Of a DNA stretch of 64,000 nucleotides, positions 38,481 to 50,055 are shown one piece after another. The stretch comes from Octopus sinensis. Its lineage: Eukaryota. The translations under genes and the position numbers were made by a program. Each line of letters starts with the position of its first letter. Positions within the stretch are counted from its first letter, which is position 1. Location of the stretch: contig NC_043015.1 of the NCBI RefSeq assembly GCF_006345805.1, positions 11,656,001 to 11,720,000 on the forward strand, given 5' to 3'. Below the pieces are notes generated by a model, which was given only the letters and a program-made list of their open reading frames with translations, had not been told where the DNA came from and did not search any database.

Positions 38481-39605
38481 GTAGATGAGATTTGTGGTTC
38501 TTTTTTCCACTACATCGAACATCTGAGTTGGGGTTACTTTGTTGCTTACGAAAGATAGCAAAAACATAGAGTTAAAGGAAAACAGAAAACAAATTTTTGG
38601 AAATAGTTTTACTCACACATGAGTTCTGAATTGAAACACTCTTGGGGTTTACATTTCTACATTCCAACTTAGAATAACAGACTTAATAATATAATTAGTT
38701 GAAAAATAAAGAGAACTGGTGCCAGTTAAATCGATTTTTCCCTCTAAAAATACAATGTACATATATAGTTCTAAAAAGACTATAATCTACTGCTCAAAAA
38801 GTGTGCGTGTACGTATTTTATATATATATATATATATATAATATATATATATATTATATATATATATTCGTGTATGTGTGTGTGTATTTGCCATAGGCGC
38901 AATTTGCACCGTCTGCAAGTCAATGTGTTGTCCGTCGGAAAGTCAAGTGTCACCTTGGAGTCCCTACCATCTTAAAGTTTGTCTGTCAGAATGCTAATAA
39001 CTAGAATTGATATCGCAAAGTATTGCTGACCATCGTTCCAATAATGGAGTTGTGAAGCATTCTTTCTCTAATTTCATATAAATAACCTCAAAATAGGATT
39101 ATGCTACCTCAAAAATACCATGTGTACTAACTCTAAATAGAATATAGCTTAAAATTTATTCAAATGAAATCGTTGAAAATGCAAAACCGGTTCGTGAAAA
39201 CTAACATAGTTGTGTGTGAATATAAACTGCAATACATTCTCCAGTATTTATGGGTCTACCAGTGGGGAGAGTGGAACTCTATTTCATAGTTTTCCCCGCT
39301 TGAAGAAGCAGCTAAGCTTCACTCAAATTACAGTTTCGTGTGATATAAATGAAAACAGTGACTCAATATATATGTTCTTAGATATTCCTAAAGCGCTGTG
39401 TTGGTTACGGATAGAATCATTCTGATAACAGATCTCCTCGGTTATGAATGACCAAGTGTAAACGTGAACAACAGCAGTAACTTAAAATTATTTGGTAGTG
39501 TTGCTCTGAAATTCTATTTATTAACCAAATGCACTGTATGTTTACCAAACTAATGAGTGATTAAAAATTGCTGATGAATAACAAAACCAGAAACATACAT
39601 AGAGT

Positions 39606-39668
<63 letters not shown>

Positions 39669-39708
39669 GTTACAATTAAAATTGTTTAAATATTGTTATC
39701 CTAGGTAA

Positions 39709-39912
39709 GGTTGCGAAATGACAGAATCGTTCGCACGCCGTGCAAATTGTTTAGCAGCATTTCGTCCGTCTTTACGTTCTGAATTCAAAACCTGCCGAGG
39801 GCAAGTTTGACATTCACCCCCTTTCGGAGTCGATAACGTAAGTACCAGTTCGATGTAATATACTTACCCCATATCCCGAAACTGCTGGTCTTGTGCTATA
39901 ATTTGAATCCAT
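39709..39912 (+). mobile_element. Diverged SINE family B
   Basis: GAATCGTTCGCACGCCG..GCATTTCGTCCGTCTTTACGTTCTGAATTCAAA..GTCGATAA..AAGTACCAG. Confidence 0.75.
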
Positions 39913-42005
39913 TATTAGTCCTTGATTAATGTCCGTTATTTTTTTTCACAGAAAATAAATTCAGAATTAGTAGCTCACAAAATAAATATGTTAATATCCA
40001 TTAATGTTAAAGAATTTGGTCGGTGGAGTTTGGAAAAAATCCGAAAGATTTCTTTTGGTAAAAACATTTTATTAGTAGTGTGAGTGCTTTTCTGGGAAAT
40101 GTAGATACTTTCATGCAAGAAATCAATGTTAATATAATGACCTCTAGTGTTCAAGTATGCCACTACTTCATTTAGGTTTCGCACGGGAGAATGAAGAAGA
40201 AACAGTATGTGTATATGTATGTATGTGTGTGTCTTCGTGTTTATTTGCGTGCTTGTGTGTTTGTGTGTGTGTGCCCGTGTGTGCGCACGTGTCGCTAATA
40301 GCCATAATTTGCAATTCTCTCAATTCATATCATATTGGCATTCTAGATTAATTATATGCTGCCGGATTTTAATTATCAGTAATGGATCTAAAATGTATTA
40401 GCATTGGGTTTCAGCAGTGCAAATATGCATGGCACGATAATGCTTGAGGTAGAATCAAACAGATAGCGTAAAAATGAAAATAACATTTCAATTTGAATAA
40501 AATAGAGATATTTCTGAGTGGGGGGGACCACTATTACAAAGCAAAGGAGTTCCAGACATCTTTTACATTATTTAACAATGTCTGGCCAAATATTATATGG
40601 AGAACAAATTAATTAAGTTTTATGAAGTTTTCGGTTTTTTTTTTTTTCATAGCATCTTCATATGAGAAGGAATAATGTCAAGGCCTCTCTCACTGGCTTG
40701 AAGTAAGTAGAGCGAATCCTTGTTAGACTAGAGAGCTGACCCGAATGTTTGAAATTCAGTGGGTTCCACAGGTGGTGGTGTAATCTAGAAACGAACAAAA
40801 TCTTTAACCCAAGTAATTGGGTTCCGCACATGTTTTGTCGACAAAATTTCACTCTCAGCTACATTGTTCAAATCAAAGCTTTATTACAATTAGCCCAGGG
40901 TACTATGCAAAGAGATTGAACCCAAGATCACAAAGCTACGGAATGAAATTCCTTACTAGTCATTGCGTTTTTGTAATTTCTAACCCCCTACGACAAAACG
41001 AAATGAGCAAAAGCGTGCAAGCTGTGACTACTCCGTATTTTTACAGGCTTTATACACTCCCGACTGAATTATCTAATAAGGTCTTTTATAAGACATTCGA
41101 TGAGGTATTTCAGAGAATTCAACTGCTACTTCTAGCAGGCCCAGAGCTATTGAAAATGTTTCGTCATTGATTCGAATTAAGATAGCGAAATATTTAGTTG
41201 GAAACAAATAAGAAATAAATATCTGTCAAGTTCTATGTATGCTATTTATGTGTCTGATGCAAAACTCCAGAGCCTGTGGAAAAATCACTTTTGCAGTTAG
41301 ACCCAGAACAGGTTTCAGTGTATCATTTAACAATGAAAGTCTGTTTCAAGACGATATAGTGCAATTTGAGAGCGCAGTCTGCTAGTTGAATGAGATCGAA
41401 CAAGCACATAGTGTCCTTCGTTCTCCAGGTTTGTGCTTTTCACTGGAACTCAAGAATAGGCTTACAGCATATATTTTCTTATAGCAGTCCAGTACCATAG
41501 AATACACACTGCTGGTATCTTTGATGCTTTTTTGCCAGTGCTGGCGTTTACTACGAACCCACGACGTGAATAAGATGTGTTATTCTCCGCTTAGTATGTT
41601 TAAAAATTGGATTTGATATCATTCGAGTTCGAAACAAAATTAATTACTTGATTGAAAGCGAATTTCATAGTACAAAAGATAATGCTTCACTGATAACAAA
41701 AAATTGCAAGAAATGATTATGCAGTAATAATGATTTTATTATTAAAGAAATTGGAGTTATATTTCTATTTCAGTTACGAGTATTTTTTCCCAAGCTTTTG
41801 AAAATACTATTTCGATTCCTTTATGATAATCCCACAAAACTAAAAAAAATAATTAAAAATTCAGTTCATTACAACTTCAATATTTTTACGGTGATAATTT
41901 AAATTGAAATCGTGAGCAGGTCACGATGCTATTGTTTGCTAATATGAGTATGCGTCTGCGTAGATAGATGTGCGTATGTATATACATACATATATATATA
42001 TGTGT

Positions 42006-42062
<57 letters not shown>

Positions 42063-42198
42063 TACTTATGTATATATATATATATATATAATGAAATCAA
42101 ATCAAGTATTTTGAATGCATTTAATACGTACGTTTCAGATCATTTTGCATTAGATAAAAAGAAATTCATTTGTGTATATACCTGTGTGTGTGTACATA

Positions 42199-42250
<52 letters not shown>

Positions 42251-42596
42251 TGTATGTATGTGTGTGTGTGTCTGTGTCTTTGTCTGTGTCTCTGTGTGTC
42301 TGTGCATGTGTGTATATGTATGGATGTGTATATGTGTGTCCGTCAGTCATTATTCAATTTTACTTCAAGATTTCATGCCAATAGAGAAGAAGAGCTGGTT
42401 TCTAACCTAGACCCAATGTTCCTTCGATGGAATATCACGAACATCACTAGGATACAACTGTATGTATGGTTGTATGTGGGCAGTATTTGGAGTCAGTGCA
42501 GATTTGTATGTTGTGGTTTATGTATGTATTCCCATGCAGATAGTTGCTGTCTAAGCAAGTGCATATGTACTAGAATATATGTATATTTGTACGTAC

Positions 42597-42760
42597 ATGC
42601 AGGTGGAGCTGTGTGGGAATGAGCTTGCTTTCCATTTACGTTTCCGAGTTCAGTCCCACTGCGTAGCACCTTGGGCAAGGGTATTTTACCTTGTGAGCGG
42701 ATTTGGTAGACGGAGACTGAAAGAAGCCTGTCGTATATATACATATGTGTGTGTGTGTGT
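42597..42760 (+). mobile_element. SINE family A, 5' half with deletion
   Basis: GAGTTCAGTCCCACTGCGTAGCACCTTGGGCAAG..GATTTGGTAGACGGAGACTGAAAGAAGCC. Confidence 0.75.
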
Positions 42761-43247
42761 ACAGTGAAAAGAAGAAGATGAAGAAGAAGAAGTTGAAGAA
42801 GAAGAAAAAGAAGAAAAAGAAGAAGAAGAGAAGAAGAAGAAGAGAAGAAGAAGAAGAAGAAGAAGAAGAAGAAGAAGAAACAAACAAACAAAAAGACTAG
42901 ACAATTGGCGGAGTGATATATAGTTATTAATGCATAGGTATATATAAGCATATATATATACACACATGTACATACATACACATACATACACAAGTACATG
43001 TACACATATAGATACACACATACGTACATATATTCATGCAGACCCATACACACACTCACTTACACAGACCCACACGCATGTATATGTATATATGTGTGTA
43101 TACATGCATACACATATATATATAAATCCATACACAATCACACATACCACATGATCTTACAGGTATATCAATTACTCCACACACCAATAACTACATGTCA
43201 CTGCGCCTATACATCTCATTTTAGTTTTATTTTTATCAATTTTTTAA

Positions 43248-43657
43248 TACTCTTTCTCTCTCTTTTACAGTCATTTGACTGCGGCCATGCTGGAGCACCG
43301 CCTTTTAGTCGAGCAAATTGACCCCGGGACTTATTCTTTGTAAGCCTAGTACTTATTCTATCGGTCCCTTTTTGCCGAACCGCTAAGTGACGGGGACATA
43401 AACACACCAGCATCGGTTGTCAAGCAATGCTAGGGGAACAAACGCAGACACACAAACACACACACGCATACATATATATATATATACATATACATATATA
43501 CGACAGGCTTCTTTCAGTTTCCGTCTACCAAATCCACTCACAAGGCATTGGTCGGCCCGGGACTATAGCAGAAGACACTTGCCCAAGATGCCACGCAGTG
43601 GGACTGAACCTGGAACCATGTGGTTGTTTAGCAAGCTACTTACCACACAGCCACTCC
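43248..43657 (-). mobile_element. SINE family A, near full length
   Basis: Reverse complement of the consensus; very similar to 36399-36812. Confidence 0.92.
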
Positions 43658-44039
43658 ATATTAATTTTTTTTTTTTATTTTGGCCATACTTGTATAACAT
43701 ATATAGTTTAAAATTCCTCCTGACCACTATTTAAATAAATTAATCTCTAATTATTTTCTGCTCGGGTTTTTAAACTCTAGTGTCCTCCTTTAGGGCCTGC
43801 CCGCCTTTTCTATCTTTTCGTCTTTTTCTGTTCCTATTTGTATCTCTTTCCCAGTTCCGAAACACACTAGGGTCATAAATTGGGTTTCCATACAACATAT
43901 ATCATTAACATCCTCATCATTTGACTCCGAACAATTGTCTAACTTTTTCCATCGGACGAATTTCGGTAACAATGTACTGGTTGACCCACCACCTGTATAC
44001 GAGATACACCGTTTTACGATATGCAGCACTACCAGTTAT

Positions 44040-44120
44040 ATCTTCTTCTTCTTCTTCTTCTTCTTCTTCTTCTTCTTCTTCTTCTTCTTCTTCTTCTTCT
44101 TCTTCTTCTCTTCTTCTTCG
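44040..44120. repeat. (TTC)n microsatellite
   Basis: Visible. Confidence 0.95.
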
Positions 44121-44744
44121 TCTTCCTTCCATCCTTCCTTCATTCCTTCTTTTCTCCTTCTGATTCTTCTTCCTCTCCTTTTTTCTTCCCTCTCCTTCAC
44201 TTACGTCTTCTTCTGATCGTTTTTTTCAACCCTCCTTCCCTTTCTCCCTTCTATCATTATACGTATCTACCATTTTGATTTCCTCCCCCCCCACAAAATA
44301 TCTTCCCCGCATACACACTTTTAATTTTTTCTTTTCTATTTCCACCCGATATTTTCTTCAGAACAAAGTCAGACAGACGCAGAATATAATAGCACACCTC
44401 TGATGCAAGTCCGAGGAAGTGCCTCTCCAAAGTCTAAAACCACAAATATTACGTGAACTTTCTTTTAGAATTTTCGCGTAAACTGGCGTTGCAAATGGAG
44501 ATGGTACGGAAACATTTGTAATTTATAATGAAAGATCTGTTAAAGAATTTTCTTTGTCTACTTTTCATTGGATTATTTACTCTTCGCCTAACCATATGAC
44601 GGCATTATCATCGTGAAACTTGGTTTTCCTACACCAGAAGCATTCCAGCACTGGCTTCCATCCCGGCAGTGCCAATAGCCCAGTATTCGGGATGAGTGCT
44701 CTATATCAAATATACACTTTGTATATTCGAAACTATATGCATGT

Positions 44745-44930
44745 GTGTATGTGTGTGTATGTGTGTCTATGTGTATGTGCTTTTGTGTCTGTGTTTGTCC
44801 CGCTATCACAGCTTCACATCCGGTGTTGTTGTGTTTACGTCCCCGTAACATAGAGGTTCAGCAAAAGAGACCCGATAGGATAAGTACTAGGCTTAAAAAA
44901 ATAAGTCCCAAGGTTGATTTGTTCGACTTA
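44745..44930 (+). mobile_element. SINE family A, diverged 3' part
   Basis: GTGTTTACGTCCCCGTAAC..GATAGGATAAGTACTAGGCTT..TTCGACT. Confidence 0.7.
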
Positions 44931-44984
44931 CGTAAAAGAATATATGTGTGTGTGTATGTATATATATGTGTGTGTGTATGTATA

Positions 44985-45072
<88 letters not shown>

Positions 45073-45223
45073 AATTAAGGACTGAACACGAAAAGTGGAC
45101 AGTCAACATGCTAGATATAGACGTCAAATCGCCATTCACCACAAAAGATTATGTTCTCAGATCAAACTCAACACAAAACCATAGCAATAAACAAGTGAAA
45201 AATATACGAAATAAAATAATTAC

Positions 45224-45288
45224 CCATGTACTAAATTAGTTTCAGCTGTTATTTTCCGCAAGGAAAACTGCAGCCATCATCAGCATGG
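45224..45288 (-). ncRNA. Type I hammerhead ribozyme (array 1, inverted arm)
   Basis: CCATG-CTGATGA-t-GGCTG..TTTTCC ttgc GGAAAA..CAGCT-GAAA-CTA att TAG-TA-CATGG. Confidence 0.85.
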
Positions 45289-45681
45289 TCCGTTATAAAT
45301 GTAATTTGCTGGACTAGATGCAAACACGATACCGAAATATCGCGTGCATGGAGTTCAGCCTATTACACTTTTCGTTTTCAGTCCTTAAGTGGTATATATA
45401 AATATTTTAATCTTCGGATTCTTTTTTAATATGCTAGACCACTGGTCTTAATTGATAAATATCAATTTCTACCCTTAATTAATTTTATATAAATAAATAT
45501 GTTCTCTAACCGATAAATTAACTGCTGCTAATTATTAGCTGCAGTCTAGTTTTCTCGGGTTCCAACGCGCCAAAGTAAAGGCATTTGAAAGATATATTCA
45601 AATGTAATAGGCTGAACTCCATGCACGCGATATTTCGGTATCGTGTTTGCATCTAGTCCAGCAAATTACATTTATAACGGA

Positions 45682-45749
45682 CCATGCTGATGATGGCTGC
45701 AGTTTTCCTTGCGGAAAATAACAGCTGAAACTAATTTAGTAGTACATGG
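45682..45749 (+). ncRNA. Type I hammerhead ribozyme (array 1, copy 1)
   Basis: Same fold, with 3 extra nt in loop III. Confidence 0.82.
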
Positions 45750-46190
45750 GTAATTATTTTATTTCGTATATTTTTCACTTGTTTATTGCTATGGTTTTGT
45801 GTTGAGTTTGATCTGAGAACATAATCTTTTGTGGTGAATGGCGATTTGACGTCTATATCTAGCATGTTGACTGTCCACTTTTCGTGTTCAGTCCTTAATT
45901 GGTATATATAAATATTTTAATCTTCGGATTCTTTTTTAATATGCTAGACCACTGGTCTTAATTGATAAATATCAATTTCTACCCTTAATTAATTTTATAT
46001 AAATAAATATGTTCTCTAACCGATAAATTAACTGCTGCTAATTATTAGCTGCAGTCTAGTTTTCTCGGTTCCAACGCGCCAAAGTAAAGGCATTTGAAAG
46101 ATATATTCAAATGTAATAGGCTGAACTCCATGCACGCGATATTTCGGTATCGTGTTTGCATCTAGTCCAGCAAATTACATTTATAACGGA

Positions 46191-46254
46191 CCATGCTGAT
46201 GATGGCTGCAGTTTTCCTTGCGGAAAATAACAGCTGAAACTAATTAGTACATGA
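46191..46254 (+). ncRNA. Type I hammerhead ribozyme (array 1, copy 2)
   Basis: Same fold; stem III is the perfect palindrome ACTAATTAGT. Confidence 0.82.
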
Positions 46255-46694
46255 GTAATTATTTTATTCGTATATTTTTCACTTGTTTATTGCTATGGTT
46301 TTGTGTTGAGTTTGATCTGAGAACATAATCTTTTGTGGTGAATGGCGATTTGACGTCTATATCTAGCATGTTGACTGTCCACTTTTCGTGTTCAGTCCTT
46401 AATTGGTATATATAAATATTTTAATCTTCGGATTCTTTTTTAATATGCTAGACCACTGGTCTTAATTGATAAATATCAATTTCTACCCTTAATTAATTTT
46501 ATATAAATAAATATGTTCTCTAACCGATAAATTAACTGCTGCTAATTATTAGCTGCAGTCTAGTTTTCTCGGGTTCCAACGCGCCAAAGTAAAGGCATTT
46601 GAAAGATATATTCAAATGTAATAGGCTGAACTCCATGCACGCGATATTTCGGTATCGTGTTTGCATCTAGTCCAGCAAATTACTTTATAACGGA

Positions 46695-46759
46695 CCATGC
46701 TGATGATGGCTGCAGTTTTCCTTGCGGAAAATAACAGCTGAAACTAATTTAGTACATGA
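46695..46759 (+). ncRNA. Type I hammerhead ribozyme (array 1, copy 3)
   Basis: Same fold. Confidence 0.82.
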
Positions 46760-46998
46760 GTAATTATTTTATTTCGTATATTTTTCACTTTTTATTGCTA
46801 TGGTTTTGTGTTGAGTTTGATCTGAGAACATAATCTTTTGTGGTGAATGGCGATTTGACGTCTATATCTAGCATGTTGACTGTCCACTTTTCGTGTTCAG
46901 TCCTTATTGGTATATATAAATATTTTAATCTTCGGATTCTTTTTTAATATGCTAGACCACTGGTCTTAATTGATAAATATCAATTTCTACCCTTAATA

Positions 46999-47042
<44 letters not shown>

Positions 47043-47264
47043 TCAATATAGGGTGCCAAAAAAAAATTTTGTAGAATTTTTTTCCCACCAGCGGCCTAGT
47101 GGGAAAAAATTAAATAGTCATAGACCATTTTTAAGTTCAACATCAACAATCAAGGAACGGCCATAATAGGCCATTCACCCACTAGAAATAACAGCCAAAG
47201 CTTCAACCGCAAATAAAAATCAATTCCGTAAACAGGAGAACATTTAAAAAACATTTACCCTGTA

Positions 47265-47370
47265 ATTTCTTATACGATGCACCGTTTCATCTGCTGTTTA
47301 ATGGTAAACTAACCTGATTAAATTAAATCAGGCCAATCTTCCATAGGCCCTCAGATTCTTCAGTAAGAAT
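47265..47370 (-). ncRNA. Type I hammerhead ribozyme (array 2, minus copy)
   Basis: TTCTTA-CTGAAGA-ATCTG..CAGAT-GAAA-CG gtgcat CG-TA-TAAGAA on the minus strand. Confidence 0.82.
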
Positions 47371-47751
47371 AGCCACAAGTCGGAACAGATATTTTCACGA
47401 GGCATTTCCGACCCTGCCAGGTAATATCTGACCTAAAATTTTCAAATCATCGCACTCGCGCCAAATTTATCGGCGCAAATAATATAAGCCGTCGATTCCA
47501 TTACGGAATTAACCAGAAAATTCATAATTAATCAATATAGGGTGGCAAAAAAAATTTTGTAGAATTTTTTTGCCACCAGCGGCCTAGTGGCAAAAAATTA
47601 AATAGTGTCATAGACCATTTTTAAGTTCAACATCAACAATCAAGGAACGCCATAATAGGCCATTCACCCACTAGAAATAACAGCAAAGAAGCTTCACGCA
47701 ACTAAAAATCAATTCCGTAAACAGGAGAAAATTAAAAAACATTACCCTATA

Positions 47752-47856
47752 ATTTCTTATACGATGCACCGTTTCATCTGCTGTTTAATGGTAAACTAAC
47801 CTGATTAAATTAAATCAGGCCAATCTTCCATAGGCCCTCAGATTCTTCAGTAAGAT
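47752..47856 (-). ncRNA. Type I hammerhead ribozyme (array 2, minus copy)
   Basis: Same fold, 487 bp from the previous copy. Confidence 0.8.
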
Positions 47857-48312
47857 AGCCACAAGTCGGAACAGATATTTTCACGAGGCATTTCCGACCC
47901 TGCCAAGGTAATATCTGACCTAAAATTTTCAAATCATCGCACCGCGCCAAATTTATCGGCAGCAAATAAATATAAGCCGTCGATTCCATTCGGAATTAAC
48001 CAGAAAATTCATAATTAATCAATATAGGGTGGCAAAAAAAATTTTGTAGAATTTTTTTGCCACCCGCGGCCTAGTGGCCAAAAATTAAATAGTCATAGAC
48101 CATTTTTAAGTTCAACATCAACAATCAGGAACGGCCATAATAGGCCATTTACCCACTAGAAATAACAGCCAAAGCTTCAACCAAGCAATAAAAATCAATT
48201 CCGTAAACAGGAGAAAATTTGGCGCGAGTGCGATGATTTGAAAATTTTAGGTCAGATATTACCTTGGCAGGTCGGAAATGCCTCGTGAAAATATCTGTTC
48301 CGACTTGTGGCT

Positions 48313-48418
48313 ATTTCTTACTGAAGAATCTGAGGGCCTATGGAAGATGGCCTGATTTAATTTAATCAGGTTAGTTTACCATTAAACAGCAGATGAAACG
48401 GTGCATCGTATAAGAAAT
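48313..48418 (+). ncRNA. Type I hammerhead ribozyme (array 2)
   Basis: ATTTCTTA-CTGAAGA-ATCTG-(~58 nt)-CAGAT-GAAA-CGGTGCATCG-TA-TAAGAAAT; 8-bp stem I. Confidence 0.85.
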
Positions 48419-48797
48419 TACAGGGTAAATGTTTTTTAAATTTTCTCCTGTTTACGGAATGATTTTTATTTGCGGTTGAGCTTTGGCTGTTATTTCTAGT
48501 GGGTGAATGGCCTATTATGGCCGTTCCTTGATTGTTGATGTTGAACTTAAAAATGGTCTATGACTATTTAATTTTTTGCCACTAGGCCGCTGGTGGCAAA
48601 AATTTCTAAAAATTTTTTTTGGCACCCTATATTGATTAATTATGAATTTTCTGGTAATTCCGTAATGGAATCGACGGCTTATATTTATTTGCTGCCGATA
48701 AATTTGGCGCGATGCGATGATTTGAAAATTTTAGGTCAGATATTACCTTGGCAGGGTCGGAAATGCCTCGTGAAAATATCTGTTCCGACTTGTGGCT

Positions 48798-48904
48798 ATT
48801 TCTTACTGAAGAATCTGAGGGCCTATGGAAGATTGGCCTGATTTAATTTAATCACGTTAGTTTACCATTAAACAGCAGATGAAACGGTGCATCGTATAAG
48901 AAAT
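48798..48904 (+). ncRNA. Type I hammerhead ribozyme (array 2)
   Basis: Same fold. Confidence 0.85.
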
Positions 48905-49289
48905 TACAGGGTAAATGTTTTTTTAAATTTTCTCCTGTTTACGGAATTGATTTTTATTTGCGGTTGAAGCTTTGGCTGTTATTTCTAGTGGGTGAATGGC
49001 CTATTATGGCCGTTCCTTTATTGTTGATGTTGAACTTAAAAATGGTCTATGACTATTTAATTTTTTCCCACTAGGCCGCTGGTGGCAAAAAAATTCTACA
49101 AAATTTTTTTTTTTGCCACCCTATATTGATTAATTATGAATTTTCTGGTTAATTCCGTAATGGAATCGACGGCTTATATTATTTGCTGCCGATAATTTGG
49201 CGCGAGTGCGATGATTTGAAAATTTTAGGTCATATTACCTTGGCAGGGTCGGAAATGCCTCGTGAAAATATCTGTTCCGACTTGTGGCT

Positions 49290-49395
49290 ATTTCTTACTG
49301 AAGAATCTGATGGCCTATGGAGATTGGCCTGATTTAATTTAATCAGGTTAGTTTACCATTAAACAGCAGATGAAACGGTGCATCGTATAAGAAAT
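49290..49395 (+). ncRNA. Type I hammerhead ribozyme (array 2)
   Basis: Same fold. Confidence 0.85.
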
Positions 49396-49780
49396 TACAG
49401 GGTAAATGTTTTTTAAATTTTCTCCTGTTTACGGAATTGATTTTTATTTGCGGTTGAAGCTTTGGCCGTTATTTCTAGTGGGTGAATGGCCTATTATGGC
49501 TGTTCCTTGATTGTTGATGTTGAACTTAAAAATGGTCTATGACTATTTAATTTTTTCCCACTAGGCCGCTGGTGGCAAAAAAATTCTACAAAATTTTTTT
49601 TGGCACCCTATATTGATTAACTATGAATTTTCTGGTTAATTCCGTAATGGAATCGACGGCTTATATTTATTTGCTGCCGATAAATTTGGCGCGAGTGCGA
49701 TGATTTGAAAATTTTAGGTCAGATATTACCTTGGCAGGGTCGGAAATGCCTCGTGAAAATATCTGTTCCGACTTGTGGCT

Positions 49781-49887
49781 ATTTCTTACTGAAGAATCTG
49801 AGGGCCTATGGAAGATTGGCCTGATTTAATTTAATCAGGTTAGTTTACCATTAAACAGAAGATGAAACGGTGCATCGTATAAGAAAT
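49781..49887 (+). ncRNA. Type I hammerhead ribozyme (array 2)
   Basis: Same fold, with one mismatch in stem II (AAGAT for CAGAT). Confidence 0.8.
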
Positions 49888-50055
49888 TACAGGGTAAATG
49901 TTTTTTAAATTTTCTCCTATTTACGGAATTGATTTTTATTTGCGGTTGAAGCTTTGGCTGTTATTTCTAGTGGGTGAATGGCCTATTATGGCCGTTCCTT
50001 GATTGTTGATATATATATATATATATATAATATATATATATATTATATATATATT

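Larger units (their letters stand above)
45071..46999. mobile_element. Hammerhead-containing array 1: 297-bp inverted arm plus ~3.2 direct copies of a 505-bp non-coding unit (retrozyme / Penelope-pLTR-like)
   Basis: 45071-45367 is the reverse complement of part of the unit; predicted cleavage triplets GTA end at 45744, 46249 and 46754 (505-bp spacing); (TA)n on both sides; no ORF. Confidence 0.85.
47035..50010. mobile_element. Hammerhead-containing array 2: ~2.4 minus-strand plus ~3.7 plus-strand copies of a ~490-bp non-coding unit in back-to-back orientation
   Basis: Inversion junction at AAATTT, ~48215-48220; GTA triplets end at 48410, 48896, 49387 and 49879 (486-492 bp spacing); (TA)n on both sides. 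Confidence 0.85.

Noticed and set aside
40690-40790. Possible minus-strand exon with a good acceptor (TTTTGTTCGTTTCTAG)
   Set aside because: The frame compatible with the candidate first exon hits a stop; no homology recognised.
48593-48841. 82-aa ORF inside array 2
   Set aside because: GTG start, no recognisable domain, and the frame is not kept in sibling units.
45071-50010. CRISPR array or plain satellite interpretation
   Set aside because: No repeat-spacer alternation and no cas genes; the units are ~500 bp and each carries a ribozyme fold.
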